DNA of 17,923 nucleotides, taken from assembly GCA_963806035.1 (NCBI GenBank), contig CAWDWO010000018.1:1-17923 (forward strand). The letters are read 5' to 3'. How positions within the stretch are numbered: position 1 is the first letter of the stretch; each line of letters starts with the position of its first letter. Made by a program: the position numbers and the translations under genes. Below the pieces are notes generated by a model. That model made no database searches, was not told where the DNA came from, and saw nothing but the letters and a program-made list of their open reading frames with translations. Source of the stretch: Candidatus Krumholzibacteriota bacterium (GTDB taxonomy: Bacteria > Krumholzibacteriota > Krumholzibacteriia > JAJRXK01). Positions 8,702-17,219 of this stretch are shown here, one piece after another.

Positions 8702-9838
8702 ATGCCCAAGATCGTCGTCCTCCACCTCATCTCTCCCACTGGTTACTATGGGGCAGAACGCTGGGTCGTCGCTCAGGTGCGGCATCTGGATCCAACGCGA
8801 GTCGAGGCGCACATTGCCGTCACGCGCGAGGGAGACGACGAGAGTCCGGAGATTCTCGCCCGTGCCCGAGCCCTTGGACTGTCGACCCACGAGATCACAC
8901 TCGCGCATCGCTTCGATCCGCGCGCGGCCAGCTCGGTGGCCAAGCTCGCCTGCGCTCTCGACGCTCGCGTGCTTCACGGACACGGTTACAAGTCAGACCT
9001 CTTGGCCGTACTCGCGCGTCGCCGCGCCGAGGCGGCCGTCGTCTCCACTCCACACGGATTCGAGAAAGCGCTCAGCCCCAAGATGCGACTCTATCTCGCC
9101 GCCGGTCGCTGGGCCCTCCAGCGGGCGGAGGTGGTGGCTCCGCTCTCCAGCGAACTCGAGCACAGGCTCTTGGAAATGGGGGTCTCCGCGAGTCACATTC
9201 GCCTCATCGAGAATGGCGTCGATCTGAGCGAAATCGAAGCGGAGCTGGCCGCGGCTCCCAAAGTTGAGAACGATCCCCGGCGTCACTCCTCCGAACGCCT
9301 GCTGGTCTACGTGGGCCGGCTCACCCCACTCAAGAATCTCGATGCGATGATCCGTGCCTTCGCCAAGCTCTGCGAAAGGCGCGAAGGAGTTCGCCTTGTT
9401 CTGGTGGGTGAGGGTCCGGAAAGAGCGGCCCTCCTGGAGCAAGTAAACCGTAGTGCCGCCAAAGGACGCGTCGATTTCTTGGGCTACCGAGAGGATCGCC
9501 TGAGCCTCTTGCGCCACTGTGAGATCTTCAGCATGAGTTCCACCACCGAGGGGATCCCCCGTTCGATGATGGAGGCCATGGCCATGGGGCTACCTGCCGT
9601 GGCCTTCGACATCCCCGGAGTGGACAAGCTCTTGCGGAATGGCGAGACCGGAATCGCGGTGAAGCTGAACGACTGCGAAGCCCTGGCGAGCGCCTGGGAG
9701 CGCCTCCTCGACGACGAGCAGTCGAGGCTCCGCATGGGCGCTGCGGCACGACGCCACATCGTCGAGCACTATTCCGCACAGAGAATGGCCTCGGAATACG
9801 AGAAGCTCTACTTGGAGCTCGCAGGCCCCGCCAGCTGA
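8702..9838 (+). CDS. Family 4 (GT-B) glycosyltransferase
   Basis: MPKIVVLHLISPTGYYGAERWV, LHGHGYK, STPHG, IENGVD, YVGRLTPLKN, EGIPRSMMEAMAMGLP (EX7E) and GETG. Start placed at ATG 8702. Confidence 0.93.
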   Translation: MPKIVVLHLISPTGYYGAERWVVAQVRHLDPTRVEAHIAVTREGDDESPEILARARALGLSTHEITLAHRFDPRAASSVAKLACALDARVLHGHGYKSDLLAVLARRRAEAAVVSTPHGFEKALSPKMRLYLAAGRWALQRAEVVAPLSSELEHRLLEMGVSASHIRLIENGVDLSEIEAELAAAPKVENDPRRHSSERLLVYVGRLTPLKNLDAMIRAFAKLCERREGVRLVLVGEGPERAALLEQVNRSAAKGRVDFLGYREDRLSLLRHCEIFSMSSTTEGIPRSMMEAMAMGLPAVAFDIPGVDKLLRNGETGIAVKLNDCEALASAWERLLDDEQSRLRMGAAARRHIVEHYSAQRMASEYEKLYLELAGPAS

Positions 9839-11016
9839 TCGCTCATCTGCCTGACTCGGCTCGCAAAGCGCTCCCAGCTGAATCCCTCGGCCCAGCGACG
9901 ACTCTCCTGCCCCATGCGCTTGCGCAATTCGTCGTCCTCGGCGAGCCTCCGCAACGCATCGGAGAGAGCATCGATGTTTTCGGTATCCACCAGAATTCCG
10001 TTTACCCCGTCGTTCACTGCATCGGGCACCCCACCGGTGGTCCCTCCCACTACCGGCAAGCCGGAGGCGGCCGCTTCCAGGAACACGATCCCGAAACCCT
10101 CCATGTCGTCGCTGCTGAGACGCCGGTTCGCGAGCACGAAGAGATCGCACTGACGATAGAGACCCGGGAGATCCTCCTCGGGGACGTAGCCGAGGAACTT
10201 CACGACATCGTCCAGGCCAAGCTCGCTGGACAGCTGCCGCAGCTCGGCCTCCTTCCCGCCGGTTCCCGCGATCCAATAGCGAAGCTGAGGGAGCCGTTGC
10301 TTGAGCGGAACCAGCGCCCGCAGCACCTGCTCATGCCCTTTGCGCGGCCAGAGCCGTCCCACGCTCAGAATTCGAATCTCGCCGTCGGGCGGACGCATTT
10401 CTGCCCGAAAGCGCGTGAGCTCGACTCCGGGATGAATGACCCGGATCAGTTTCGGATCCACCCCCAGATCGACGAGCAGCTGACGGCTGTTGTTGGAGTT
10501 TGCCACGATACCGGCCGCGGCGTTGTAGAGCTGCGGCATCAGGCGGCGTTTCCACTTGTAGTGCCGCTGGATGGCCACTTCCTCCCCGTGGACGTAGACC
10601 AGGTAGGGAACCTTGAAGAGCTTCTTGTAGATCCAGGCCACTACCGCCTCGGGCAGGACGTGTCCGCAGTGCAGAATCTCGGGCCGGAAGGAAAAGCGCA
10701 GGCGAACGGCGGCAACCGTCATGCGCAGGTAGAGCAGAAGGGACTCTGGCTTGAGAAATTCGTAGCGCTTCAGACTGACGCGGGTGGTCGGCAGTGAAGA
10801 AGCCGGACCTTCCGTGCCCACGCCGGGTTCACAATTTCCGGTGAGGACGTGGACCGTTCCCTCGGGATAGCGGCTGCAGGCGTTGACGAAGAGGTTCACC
10901 GAGCCCCCCACGTAGGGCAGGAACCACTCGGTGACCAGCAACACTTTCCGTGCGGCGCTGGCTTCGCTGCTTTCGTGCGCTTTCGTGTCGAGAGTTGCGC
11001 TGGCTTCGAGGCTCAC
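9808..11016 (-). CDS. Family 4 (GT-B) glycosyltransferase
   Basis: VLLVTEWFLPYVGG, YVHGEE, IHPGV, LSVGRLWPRKG, EGFGIVFLEAAASGLPVV and DGVNG. GTG at 11016 with a GGAGGAG RBS overlaps the upstream TGA (GTGA). Confidence 0.92.
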   Translation of the reverse strand: MSLEASATLDTKAHESSEASAARKVLLVTEWFLPYVGGSVNLFVNACSRYPEGTVHVLTGNCEPGVGTEGPASSLPTTRVSLKRYEFLKPESLLLYLRMTVAAVRLRFSFRPEILHCGHVLPEAVVAWIYKKLFKVPYLVYVHGEEVAIQRHYKWKRRLMPQLYNAAAGIVANSNNSRQLLVDLGVDPKLIRVIHPGVELTRFRAEMRPPDGEIRILSVGRLWPRKGHEQVLRALVPLKQRLPQLRYWIAGTGGKEAELRQLSSELGLDDVVKFLGYVPEEDLPGLYRQCDLFVLANRRLSSDDMEGFGIVFLEAAASGLPVVGGTTGGVPDAVNDGVNGILVDTENIDALSDALRRLAEDDELRKRMGQESRRWAEGFSWERFASRVRQMSDQLAGPASSK

Positions 11017-11631
11017 GTCTCCTCCCCCGCATCCCGAGCGGAGCTGCCGCCACGCTTGGCGAGCACGCGCGCGGGATTGCCGCCGACGATACTGAGATCC
11101 TCCACCGGCTTGGTCACCACGCTGCCCGCCGCCACGACACAGCCCTCTCCCACGTCGGCCATCACGATCGCTCCGTTTCCCAACCAACTGCCGCGTCCCA
11201 CGCGCACCAACTCGTAGCGCCCGCCCTGTTCGCGGAGGCGGTAGGTCATCGCGCTGAAAAGCGTGCTGATTCTTTCCGAGAGCACGTGGACGTTGGACCC
11301 CAGAGAGTACGTCGTCCTCCAGATGAGCCATGCCGATGTTGCAGAACGCCCCCAGGTAGACTCTGTGTCCCAGACGGGCTCCCGGCCGGCTGAAGATCGT
11401 CCCGAAGGAGATGCACACGTCGTTGGCGCATTCATCGAGGAGTCTCCGGTAGAGGGCGCGACGGCAATACGATCCCAAGGGTCCCCACCAGCCGGAGGCC
11501 CACTGAGACACCCAGGCGAAGACCTGCACGCGATCGGCTCCCATTGCGTAGAGAGCACGGATGAGGAGCACGACCGGGGCGGTGAGCAAAAGGGCCAGGG
11601 AATCTCCGACTCGTTTCAGGATAGCTTTCAC
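11013..11631 (-). CDS. Hexapeptide-repeat (LbH) sugar O-acetyltransferase, interrupted by three single-base indels
   Basis: Stitched reading: VKAILKRV...ISFGTIFSRPGARLGHRVYLGAFCNIGMAHLEDDVL/LGSNVHVLS/GKNQHAFQRDDLP/LREQGGRYELVRVGRGSWLGNGAIVMADVGEGCVVAAGSVVTKPVEDLSIVGGNPARV. Frame switches at about 11303, 11278 and 11238. Confidence 0.85.
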
Positions 11632-11681
11632 GGCGCGCGCTTCTGAAAGAGGTTCCCGCGAGAATTCGTGAGCATGCTGCA

Positions 11682-11698
11682 GGCAAGGCCCGTTCCAG
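11682..11698 (-). promoter_or_regulatory. Candidate sigma-54 (-24/-12) promoter for the acetyltransferase-GT4 unit
   Basis: Minus strand CTGGAACGGGCCTTGCC matches TGG(C>A)ACG-N4-TTGC, about 50 nt upstream of GTG 11631. Confidence 0.6.
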
Positions 11699-12012
11699 CG
11701 CGGCCCGGCCGCGAGAATCGTCGCACACAAAAGCCACTTCCGGTACTCATACTCCGGTATCGGGACCGCAGGCTTCTGGCGAGGAGACTAAAGGGCGGGC
11801 GCCGCCGCGGCAAGTCCGCTCCCTCGGCATTCTCTTTGCGCGTTCGCGGCTCGATTGGGCCCCGGATCGCGCGATTGAGGTGCGAGAGCCGCGCAAGGGT
11901 GCCCTCTCCCTCATCCCGAGACTTGGCGAAAGTGGGCAACGATCGTTAGACTCACGCCAGCCCGTGTCCAAACGGCAATCCTCCATTCTTCCACTGCAGA
12001 AAAGGAACCATC

Positions 12013-12887
12013 GTGAGCGAATTCTCTCCCGACCTTCAGGATCGTTGGGCCCTCATCATCGGGGTAGCAGCGGATTCGGAGCAGCCACCGCGCGAATACT
12101 CTCGTCGGGGGACATGCACATCTTCGGCATCATTATTTGACGACCGGGCACGCACCCTTCGCCTGGTCGACCACGGTACAAGGAGGATGTCTATGGCCAA
12201 CGGATCGGCGAAGCCTGGCTAGTGGGAACATGAACGTACGGCCGAGACAAAGAAGAAGAACGAAACAAAGCGCTGGACGACTCATGGCTAGCCAGCGGCT
12301 ACAAGGCGATCGGCAGCATCAAGGTCTTCCTTGCGGCTGCCTTGGCCTTCGGCACCCCTCAAGGCCACTACGTGAAGCAGGAGAGGGACAGGCTCAGCTT
12401 CACTCAGCGAAACGTCGGAGAATGACCGTCGAAGTGGGTTCATGGCGCATTCCCTAGTACTACTGGGGCGCAGGGATTAGTAGAGCGAAGGCTGATCAGG
12501 CCAAGGGGGCAGCATCTACAGTGGCAGCTGACTTAGGCCAGCGGAGAGCACGCGGACTGATCCCCACCTACGGCGCGGTCCTCCGCCGAGGAATCCAGTC
12601 CCTAGAGTCGCACATCCGGCAATTGACCTTCGAGCTGGCTCCCTTCGGCATTCGCGCAGACACTCTCCGGGCTGGAGTGACCCGACGCTCCCGCCTTGCG
12701 TAAGATTCCCGGGCACGAAGTGCTCCTGGAAGAGGCCGGCGCCGGGGAACCCCACCGGGAAGCTCACCACCCCAGGAAGACGTCGCCGAAGCGCCTTGTT
12801 ACGCCCTGGCCTGCGACGATTCTCGTCGTGAGCAGCAACGTCGCCGCTGCCAGGAACCCGAGCAGGCAGCGAGGAGGTAATGCCTGA
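12013..12887 (+). pseudogene. SDR-family oxidoreductase, enoyl-ACP reductase FabL-like; multiply frameshifted (probably sequencing error)
   Basis: AAAGGA RBS then GTG. Ordered fragments: WALII/GSSGFGAATARIL, IKVFL, LAFGT, MAHSLV, GGSIY, IPTYGAV, LESHIRQLTFELAPFGIRADTLRAGVT, LRKIPGHEVLLEEA, GKLTTP, EDVAEA. Confidence 0.8.
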
Positions 12888-14446
12888 GTGAGTGGAGAAC
12901 CCATCGAACGTCGAAACGCTTTGCGCCCGGACTTCCCTTGCGGTTTGTCGACGGGGAATGCATGGGCGCGCAAGGGGAGTTCCTCTCCCTCCATCGACCC
13001 GGCCAACGGGGAGGGCGGAGTCCGTGTGGAGTGTCGAGAGCCGCCCGGCGCCAGCGCGAACATGAAGAAGGCGGCGGTCGAGCGCGGGCTCGAAAGGCCT
13101 TCGACGAGGACCCTTGGCCAAAATCCTAACGCCTGGCCCCGACGCGGACAAGGTGCTCCTCTGCTGAAGTTGGCCGAGCTCCTCGAGCAGAAACGTGGGC
13201 GGAGATGGCCGCGCTCGATTTATCTCGGACACCGGCAAGACGCTCCTTGCGTAGGGCAGGGTGGAAAATCCCCTTCGCCGCCAAGACTCTACCCACTCTC
13301 GGGTGGTTGGCCGCGGACTCGCCCACGGCGGCCTCCACCGCGACCGACTTCGTCTCACCCTCAGGCGTGGGTTGGGGTGGATGCACGGGATGATCACCCC
13401 CTGGAGAGGTTCAGCTACTCCTTTTTGGCTTCGTGGAAAATGGCTCCCGCGCTTTCCACGGCGGTCGCGATCCATTGTGAGAGCTTCCAGCACGGATGTC
13501 CTTGCTTCCACCGCTTATCCCGCTCGGTGAAGTGCAACGAAGCCGAATCTACAAGGGCATGTTGGTGAACATCCTGCCAGACAGGGCAGCATCCTGGGTC
13601 AGGATGACGGCACAGAAGGGGTAGACAGGGTGGCGGCCCACCGGTGGCAGGCTGCGGAGTGAAGGAATCGTCTCCGCCGGCCAGCGCCACAGGAGTCGAA
13701 CGGGTCAGCGTCGAGCTCAGCAGGGAGGTCCCGACGTCATTTCGACGAGGAGCGCCGACCTCAAGAGTGCACTGCGCGGTGCGCTTCACAGGGCGTATTC
13801 TCCGACGGCCGAGATTCGCCATGTGCAGGCGGAAGCCGCTGCTTGCATTAAACAACGTGTCCGACTCAGTTCGTCGAGGCGCGGCTGGCCGAAAAAGGCG
13901 GGCGGGGCTGCGGCGGTGGTGCACCGAACCAGACGCGCGGTCACGGACCCTGTTTACATCAGTCGATGTCGCCAGGGTCCTGGAGTCGTCGCCCTAAGGA
14001 AAGGAGGGAAAAGGTTGGCGCGCGGGCAGGTCGAACAACCCCTGCAGGACAGAGTCGGGTGGTTACTAGCTGGACCCACCGTTTTGGGAACGTGACCAGC
14101 CATGCGCATAGCCAGAGAGGATGCTTCAGCAGTTTGTCCCTGGCCTTACATCCCTTCAAGAAGCAAGGAAGAGGCGCTGTGAGAATCGCAAACAAGCCAG
14201 CATCTGCCCCGGACTGGCTTCGCAGGTCAAAGAGTTCCCGGGACCTGGGACACACCCGCCGGCTTTGCCCGGGAACAGCCTACCAAGCCAGTCAGTGTCC
14301 ATCAACACCTCATCTCTATGCGACCCGGTGTCGGCTAAGCTGGAGGGTAAGCGAACGAGAGCGGATTCGGAAAGGAAGGGACTTGGGCCACGAGGGACTC
14401 TTCGCGTACACGAGAAAGCAAAACGATATGGACCCACATCGACTAG
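12888..14446 (+). pseudogene. Aldehyde dehydrogenase family protein; multiply frameshifted (probably sequencing error)
   Basis: Ordered fragments: FVDGE, SIDPANGE, LLKLAELLEQ, DTGKTL, MITPW, LASWKMAPAL, RVSVEL, ADL, GPTVLG, MRIARE, PFK...IAN, VSINT, SGFG, DLGHEGLFAYT. The span of about 1.5 kb fits an ALDH. Confidence 0.82.
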
Positions 14447-14463
14447 AGCGGAGGGAACCCTCC

Positions 14464-15249
14464 ATGGCAATGAAGTGGGACCCGGTGCTTTGGCGGGGAG
14501 ACGCGGTGGCCTTGGGTGGCTGCTCAAACGGCCTTCGCAATTGAACGCTTCCGCCGGCAACATGCATGAGGAAACTGTACACGCTGCTGGAGCACGCAGG
14601 AGGTGAGGGTCCACGCCATCGTGATGAGCTGGCGCGGCAGAGGCCTGCTGGCGGCGGAGACGTGGACATGACTAGATCTACAACGTTCCAAACAGGCAGG
14701 CTCGGCGAAACTCATGCCCTTGTCAACCCAGCCTGGGTGGTGACCGGTAATCACAAATCTCCCCCAAGCAGGTCATCGCCATGGTGGACGGAATAGCGTC
14801 AGAGCGGGATGCCGATTTGGCTCTGGCGTGTGACCTTCGAGTACGGTGGCACGCCGTCTTCACGCAGAGTTTCGTCAAGGTGGGCCTGCGTGCCGACTGG
14901 GGTGGAGCTCTTTGCCCGGCTGATCGGCCAGGGCAAGCCCTTGAGATGATGCTCACCAGCGGAAGGTGGAGGCCGACGAGGCGCTGGAGATCGGATCGGT
15001 GCACCAGGTGGTCCCGTCCTCGCACCTGGAAGAGGCTCTGAGCGGATGGCCGCGCCTCGCGGAAGCCGCCCACGCGCGGCTCGGCCTGATCAAGCTGGCC
15101 GGTCCGGGAGCCTGGACAACGATCTGATGGAAATGCTGGAGACCGAGTTCGAGGCCCGACGCCGATGCTGGGACTGGCCCGATGCAGGCCGGGGGAATGA
15201 CGCCTTGGGTAAGAAGACGTCGACGGGCCTTCGAGCGAAGATTCCGTAA
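14464..15249 (+). pseudogene. Enoyl-CoA hydratase/isomerase (PaaG-like crotonase); frameshifted
   Basis: GGAGGG RBS then ATG 14464. Fragments: RPSQLNA, GGDV, VIAMVDGIA, DLALACDLR, VFTQSFVKVGLRADWGG, ALEMMLT, ADEALEIG. The 3' end is approximate. Confidence 0.75.
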
Positions 15250-15286
15250 CGGTCAGATCGCGCGTAGCGCACGTGGGTAGGATCTC

Positions 15287-15315
15287 GGGGCAGGACCGCC
15301 AGGCCCTGCCCCTTT
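15287..15315. terminator. Possible intrinsic terminator between convergent crotonase genes
   Basis: GGGGCAGG-ACCGCCAGGC-CCTGCCCC-TTT hairpin between the stops at about 15249 (+) and 15332 (-). Confidence 0.5.
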
Positions 15316-15331
15316 GAAACAGGCGTTCAGT

Positions 15332-16106
15332 TTACTGTCCGCTGAAGTGGGCAACCCGTTTCTAGACATAGGCCTCGATCCCCTCTTTCGCATTCAAACC
15401 TGGAAGAGCTGTTGCTGCGGCTCGCGCTGGATCGCCGGGCGCCCGCTGAAGGAACCGTGGGCCACGGTTGGCAACGGCCTTGATCTTCTCCCCGCCTTGC
15501 TGGCCTTGTTCGGCGGGAAGAACTGCTTCGGCATAGGCCATGAGGTCGTCCGGGAAAGTGTCCTTCTGGAAGATGTCGATGATGATCCCGGTTCCTTTGC
15601 TTCGTCGAAGTCCATGGTCCTGCCGGTTCCCGTCAGTTCCATTGCCTTTGCTTGCCGATGGAGCGCGTCGGCGCTAAGTTCCGCCCGTTCCCGGAGCACC
15701 AGGCCCACCTCGGGAAGTCCGATCTGCCCCGTTCTTCTTAGCGATCCGGATGTCGCCGCCATGGCGATCTCGATCCGCCGCCAACGGTGTGGCCGTTCAG
15801 AGCCGCGATGACCAGCTTGGAGTGTGCTCCAACGGTCGAGCATCTCGTTCGCGTGCAGACAGAGGTAGTACTTGAAGGTAGGATCCACCTCGTTGAGCAT
15901 GTTGATGTCGGCGCCGCCCGAGAAAGACTTCTGCGCCGTCTCCTCGGATGACGATGACGTGATGTCATTCTCCATCCTCACGTCAAGAATACGGTCGTCG
16001 GACTGACGGTCCATCTCGTAGGTATAGGTCTTGGCGGACGGATAGGACAAAGCGATGACAGCGACCCCGCCATCCTTCTCGTACTTGACCAGAGTTCGGT
16101 CGCTAA
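15332..16106 (-). pseudogene. Enoyl-CoA hydratase/isomerase, single-domain BoxC-like crotonase; frameshifted
   Basis: GAGGTG RBS with a corrupted start codon. Fragments: SDRTLVKYEKDGGVAVIALSYP, TYTYEM, FSGGADINMLNEVDPTFKYYLCLHANEMLDR, KLVIAALNGHTVGGG, EIAMAA, IGLPEVGL, AMEL..TGRTMDFDEAKE, QFFPPNKASKA, QQQLF, AKEGIEAYV.KRVAHFSGQ*. Confidence 0.82.
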
Positions 16107-16248
16107 TTCAGCTCACCTCTGAAATGATGGAAAGGGCCGCGATTACGTCCGGCAGGTGCCGAAATCGCGGCGAAGTGTAGGAAGAGTGTGATCACAGCTT
16201 CGAAGGGCGACGGAGGCCGCGGCGGCCCGCTTGGGATACCACCGAGTA

Positions 16249-17206
16249 ATGTACCTGCGCCTTCTCCCCAAGCCATACTTTCGCAGAAATTCCGCTTCCA
16301 TCGCGAACGAATTCGCCGCGTCGTCGTCGCCAGGAACGGCACCATGCGCTCGGAATCGCCCAGGTCGCGCCCAGGCGCTGGATTCTCAGCGATCCTCTAC
16401 GACATGGCCCCCCAGCGGGTTTCAGCACGCACTCCAGAGCGTTGCCCCCGGCCCTCGACCGGGCGGTGGCCGGCACGGAGCACGTTGAGACGCCCTTCGC
16501 AGAAAGATTGGACGCTGCTCGACGATCTTCTGGAAACAACAGGCGGATGTTCTTCTCGGCCTCCCCGGAGGACCTCGCCGAAGATCTCCGTCGAGGAGCC
16601 ATCTCCAAGCACATCGGCTGAAACTGAGAACTCTTCGGAAGGAGTCGAGGAACGGCTTCCCGCGCACTCGTTGCCACCCAATTGTTCCACCTCTGGGTTG
16701 ATCCGAACTCGCCGGCACCTTGAAGCCAGCTGGTTGATTCGGCTTTCAGCTTCTTGGGATCCGGTCCATCGCATGAAACTCGTCGAGGGTCGTCCGAGTC
16801 GTCTGCGGGACGACGACAAGACCAATCGGTCACGGATTTAGAATACTAACGGCCATGCGCAACGGAGTCAAGTTGGAAGTGAACGAGGCCCCAGGACTTG
16901 GCCAAACACGCGTCGATGCCCTCATAGGAAACAAGCCCTTTGCACGTGTAGGGGAGGGCGTGCGGCCTAGGCAGGCGGACATCGACGAGAGGCCCCTGAA
17001 ACTCGGCTCAAGGCCCGATGGGACCCTTAAGTTGGTGAGTGTGGGCGGCTTTCGAATTGCACGCCTCTCGATCCTCTGCGCTTCTCGCAAAGACCCTCGG
17101 GGAGACGCTTTCCGCCGCCTCTATGCCGAGGAGGCGACCCCATCTGAAAGTCCAGGGGCCGGTCTCGGGGAAGAAGGGCGGGCCAGCGGCGTATACAGTC
17201 CCGTGA
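16249..17206 (+). other. Probable frameshifted protein-coding region of unknown function (~320 aa)
   Basis: Several plus-strand stretches show G/C third positions (AISKHI, RLRDDDK, VKLEVNE, QADIDE). No family was recognised, and boundaries and strand are uncertain. Confidence 0.3.
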
Positions 17207-17219
17207 AGGATTTGAGGCC

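Noticed and set aside
9808..11730. 640-aa acetyltransferase-GT4 fusion ORF
   Set aside because: The acetyltransferase C-terminus lies in another frame, with its own stop at 11013 overlapping a GTG start that has a strong RBS. The fusion results from indels.
12516..13568. 331-aa minus and 226-aa plus ORFs as novel proteins
   Set aside because: They are Arg/Pro-rich off-frame or antisense readings over the frameshifted SDR and ALDH genes.
16397..16833. Minus-strand AAA-ATPase-like fragment (EIFGEV..EAEKNIRLLF)
   Set aside because: No Walker A or B motif was found, and third-position bias mostly favours the plus strand.
16855..16930. PHP-domain-like 'NGVKLEVN' motif
   Set aside because: No accompanying HTH/DH/SDAH metal-binding motifs are recognisable.
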